From Somniosus microcephalus (lineage: Eukaryota), in assembly GCA_052327205.1 (NCBI GenBank), contig CM126205.1, forward strand, positions 258,478,001 through 258,542,000: 64,000 bases of DNA. Direction: 5' to 3'. The notes below the pieces were generated by a model, which ran no database searches, was not told where the DNA came from, and worked only from the letters and a program-made list of their open reading frames with translations. The position numbers were made by a program, and so were the translations under genes. This document shows positions 60,320 through 64,000 of the stretch, piece by piece. Numbering within the stretch: the stretch's first letter is position 1; each line of letters starts with the position of its first letter.

Positions 60320-61228
60320 AAGTGGTGGGTCTGTCCTGCCGGTGGGACAGGACATACCCAGGGATGGTGATGGAGGAGTCTGGGACATTGGCTGAAAGGT
60401 ATGATTCTGTGAGTATGACTACATCAGGCTGTTGCTTGACTAGTCTGTGGGACAGCTCTCCCAATTTTGGCACAAGTCCCCCGATGTTAGTGAGGAGGAC
60501 TTTGCAGGGTCAACTGGGCTGGGTGTGCCATTGTCGTGTCCGAAGCTGGTGCCGAGGTCGATGCTGGGTGGTCCAGTTTTATTCTTATTATTGCTTTTCG
60601 TAGCGGTTTGTTACAACTGAGTGGCTTGCTAGGCCATTTCAGAGGGCAGTTAAGAGTCAACCACTTTGCTGTGGGTCTGGTGTCACATATAGGCCAGACC
60701 AGGTAAGGACAGCAGATTTCCTTCCTTGAAGGACATTAGTGAACCAGATGAGTTTTTACAACAATCTGATAGTTTCATGGTCACTGATACTAGCTTTTTA
60801 TTCTAGATTTATTTAATTAACAGAATTTAAATAAACCAGCTACAGGAAACTTTGTGTTATCCGGAGGCGAACCGTCCGGCAAGCTCGAGCCACCGGCAAA
60901 AATCAGGAGCCGTTTTTTATTCTTTTCGTTTCTTTGCTTTTTATGAACAGTCAAGCTCTGCAACGTCTGTAGCTAAGCAACAGCTTCAGCTAAAGACGCT
61001 ACAAAGACGCTTGCCGACTGTTTAGAGGCTGTTGCTAAGCAACAGGGTTTGTGTTTCAGCATTAGCTCTGGAGTGTACGGCAGTTTTGAGGGAACGGCAG
61101 CAGCTCGGTCCCATCAGTGCCGGATAGCACAAAGTTTCCTGTACCATGGTGGGATTTGAACTCGCGTCTCTGGATCATTAGTCCAGGCCTTTGGATTACT
61201 AGTCCAGTAACATAACCACTATGCTACC
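60320..61228 (-). mobile_element. 5' end of a tRNA-headed LINE running into an AP endonuclease, split by MITE copy 6
   Basis: Head GGTAGCATAGTGGTTATG..GAGTTCAAATCCC; then LTNIGGLVPKLGELSHRLVKQQPDVVILTESYLSANVPDSSITIPGYVLSHRQDRP. Confidence 0.8.
60843..61141. mobile_element. TA-targeting MITE, copy 6
   Basis: TA|CAGGAAACTTTGTG...CACAAAGTTTCCTG|TA; palindromes at 60969 and 61031. Confidence 0.93.
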
Positions 61229-61351
61229 GTTCATGCAGTGAAAAGCTGTCATTGCTCATTTTTCTTGCGTTAAGACGGATTGCTTTGTTTCCATTTGATA
61301 CTTCATCTAGTGGCTGTGCTCAACACTAACAAACCCAGCTAAATCAGAGAG

Positions 61352-61487
61352 GTTCTGACGAAAGGTCATTGCCCTTAAACATTAACTCCGTTTCTCTCTC
61401 CACAGATGCTGCCTGTCCTGCTGAGTATTTCCAGCATTTTCTGTTTTTATTTCAGATTTCCAGCATCTGCAGTATTTTGCTTTTGTT
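61352..61487 (+). mobile_element. Solo Penelope pLTR fragment with mutated hammerhead core
   Basis: Matches 43408-43533; CTGACGA is intact but GAAACGTT has become TAAACATT. Similar fragments at ~32600 and ~37895. Confidence 0.75.
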
Positions 61488-61628
61488 TAAGTCTGAGTGA
61501 CAGGGAATCTTGGCCCTCAGTTCCTTCAGAACCTGATTGGAAGGCAAGTACAAGTACTACAAGACTGTGGACATACATGTTTCAGGAAGTGAGATGTACA
61601 TGAGATTAAGAATTCCCATTTCCCACAG

Positions 61629-61924
61629 TGATTGAAAGTACCAAGGGCCTCGATTGCACTCAAACGGTCATGGAGGCTGGGCGGGGAGAGTACCACTTGC
61701 GCCTGTTGGGTGAAAATAAATTCACATCTAATCTGTGGTAAAGTAAAAGGTGCAGTTTATTGAAAACAGAGCTCTGGGAGAAGCGTCTCGGACCCTGCGG
61801 TCTGTGCGAGCACCTTCTCCCCGATCAACAAAATTCACAAGCTTATATACAGTACAAGACTGGAGCACATCGATAGCCTTGATTACATTACTTATTCCTT
61901 GGCCAGTCTGGCTTCGTGGCAACA
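61629..61924 (-). repeat. 3' LTR of the ERV (~296 bp)
   Basis: Starts TGTTG right after the PPT; TATATAA at ~61849, AATAAA at ~61760; ends ..TTTCAATCA (end uncertain by ~4 bp). Confidence 0.75.
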
Positions 61925-62382
61925 GCCGCCCCCCTCCCCAATTATATTCCTTCAAAAACAACCTAATTATAACTTTACATCGTTAGCTAAGCTCCTTCTT
62001 TTAGTTCTGTCTTTTATCTAAGTTTGTCCAGTTATCTGGACAGCACAGCCGATCAGTGACTCGTGATTGGACATGGCTAACCTTGTTATTGCAGCTTCTC
62101 ATATCTCCACATGCTTAATCACTTTTGTAGTTCAGTCCATTGTGTTTTTAAATTAGTCTCGACTGAAACTAGGTTGTCCTGCTGTGTCGCTCGACTGCAA
62201 CATTCAACTGGTTCAAATCCCAATCCTTCAATCCCTCCTATTGGTCCCGGTACAAATTTAGATTTTGCCCCGGGATACCAACTTCCAATGCCGTTTCTTG
62301 CCATCCACTGGGTAGTCACCCTGTATTGAGGGTTGGGCTCAATTGTCCTGAGATCGTCCTTCGTTGCTCATCATGTGACTCT

Positions 62383-63399
62383 TTACATATGAGACTCGTC
62401 GTCCTCGTCGTCTTCTCCTGTTGCTTGCAGTTCGTCTGTCGTTGATAGCCAGGGTTTTATCGCATCTCCAGATGCTACTGGAATGCCAGCGAGGGCCAAT
62501 TTACAACATACTTTCAAAATCGTTGTCATAACACAACATATTGTCATCACTACAACAACAATTATAAATCCATGTATCAAATACAATCCCCATGATCCTC
62601 CGAAGAGCCAGTCCAACCAACCTTCCCCTGAGGTTTGGTGTAATTTCTTTACCTCCTTTTGTATATGCTCGGCCAAATTGGTTATATTCTCTGAGCTATC
62701 TGGTATGTAGGTGCAGCACTCAGCGCCTATCATTGTGCATGTGCCACCTTCTTTAGCTAGGAGATAATCAAGGGCCATCCTATTCTGGAGAGCTATTGTT
62801 CTCATAGCCACCATTTCTGCACTTATTTCAGACAGGGCTTCAGCTGTGTCATTAGCTACTTTCTCTAATACCGATTGCTACGAGTCGAATTTCCTTTATT
62901 GCCCTAGCCGTCCCATACCCGGGGAATAAAATAGCGAAGAACCGCTCTGTTTCTGTAATTGCCCTTTTGGAGCGATAATGGTGATGATCTGCTAGGGAGG
63001 GCAAGTGATGGATGTATGGCACCACATATCCCAAATAGCAAGACCCAGTCCAATTTCGTGGAAGCCATGGGTATGCCTTATGTCCGCAAATAAAATAGGT
63101 CCCGTTTTCTGCTCTGGGTGTCCTTACCATTAGTACTACTGCTCGTATTGTTTCTACTAACTAACCACTCAGCCATTTGAATTACATTCAATGGTATTGG
63201 TCTAAGAGGGATTCCCCCTCTGGAGTGGATTGGGATATGGCTACATACCCAACATGCACTTTCTCCCTTGTCCCTTGCATACACAACTCATATACAAAAA
63301 GGTATTAACATGTAATTCTCGCTTTTCCCATACCGGGTGGCATGTCACTTTGGTCAATGCCACACATATTCCACAAAACAATACTATAGTCAAATACAT
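62383..63399 (-). pseudogene. env: Gamma-type env with three frameshifts and a very short SU
   Basis: Signal peptide MYLTIVLFCGICVALTKVTC, CWVC, W.GSCYLG, furin site RSKR, fusion peptide FFAILFPGYG, ISD LQNRMALDYLLAKEGGTC, CX6CC, TM helix. Confidence 0.92.
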
Positions 63400-63480
63400 T
63401 TTAAAGACGTATTAACAATTTTCCAAAGGGTTATTGAGATTGATTGCAGGTATCACCTGTTAGATATACAAATATGTATT

Positions 63481-64000
63481 TTAGTCCTTGTAGACCTTCA
63501 GTTGAGTCCAGTGTTTCCACCGCCCCATCCCCTTTATATCTATATACATGCGCACGTATCCCCACTAATAAGGACTTGATGCGGTCCTGACCATTTTGGG
63601 GCAATGCCTGGTTTTTCTGGTAAAATTTTAACCATTACCTTAGTTCCCGCTGGAGGGATATGTGGAAGTGCAGTCAATTCCAAATCTTTATCTCTTTCTT
63701 CCTGTCTATCCCTAGTTTGCTGTCTCATTTCCTTTAACTGGTTACTTAGTTCCAAGACGTACCTACGGACTCTACCTCTCAGAGGGCCTATATCCTCTCC
63801 TCCTGTTATTATTCCATGGGGGAGTTGCATCGCTCTCCCCGTCATTAATTCGTAAGGGGACAAACCCGTCGTTCGGTTTGGGCTCGCCCTTAACTTCATT
63901 AACACGGTTGGTAATACATTTACCCATTGCTGTTGCTTTTCCCCTAACGCCTTGGCTAAGGCTGTTTTCAAGGTCTGGTTCATTCGTTCCACCATTCCCG
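63481..64000 (-). pseudogene. pol: Integrase C-terminal half
   Basis: GMVERMNQTLK, GLSPYELMTGR, PKWSGPHQV; a TA-slippage frameshift at ~63542 hides the end WKHWTQLKVYKD*. Confidence 0.9.

Larger units (their letters stand above)
61629..64000 (-). mobile_element. Class I (gamma/epsilon-like) endogenous retrovirus, 3' half
   Basis: Integrase, env, PPT GGGGAGGGGGCGGC (61939-61925) and 3' LTR in the correct order. Confidence 0.93.

Noticed and set aside
15402-61141. CRISPR-like or satellite array suggested by recurring palindromes
   Set aside because: The copies are dispersed, bounded by TIRs and TA TSDs, and the DNA is vertebrate; there are no repeat-spacer arrays or cas genes.
62383-63399. 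Syncytin-like captured env gene
   Set aside because: Three frameshifts, a truncated SU and a proviral context.

Overview
Vertebrate nuclear DNA, almost certainly a cartilaginous fish (shark), judged from HE1-like V-SINEs, SacSINE1-like DeuSINEs and HER1/CR1 LINEs. The only host coding exon I recognise is the last exon of ARL6IP6 (+ strand, 37633-37726). Positions 1-37.6 kb are therefore probably its very long last intron, and the rest is 3' UTR plus downstream DNA. Most of the window is transposable elements, often nested: the 5' half of a PNMA-like Gypsy element (LTR, tRNA-Pro PBS, intact gag, G_GGA_AAC frameshift into protease), a hAT transposon with perfect TIRs/TSD and an in-frame internally deleted transposase, several CR1 LINEs (one with an intact ORF2), two Penelope-like elements with hammerhead-like motifs, Harbinger elements and MITEs, six copies of a TA-targeting MITE, SINEs, an L2 fragment and the 3' half of a class I ERV. 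The four most interesting signals are: (1) all three CR1 copies that retain the ORF1/ORF2 junction have an in-phase T_TTA_AAC slippery heptamer directly before the ORF1 stop with ORF2 open in the -1 frame, suggesting programmed -1 frameshifting in a LINE; (2) every TA-MITE copy carries two conserved RFX X-box-like palindromes; (3) a multi-helix RNA module and a duplicated tail in one CR1 3' UTR; (4) a tRNA-headed single-ORF LINE and a SINE built from its two ends. All family names are from memory of motifs; no database search was run, and boundaries of decayed repeats are approximate.
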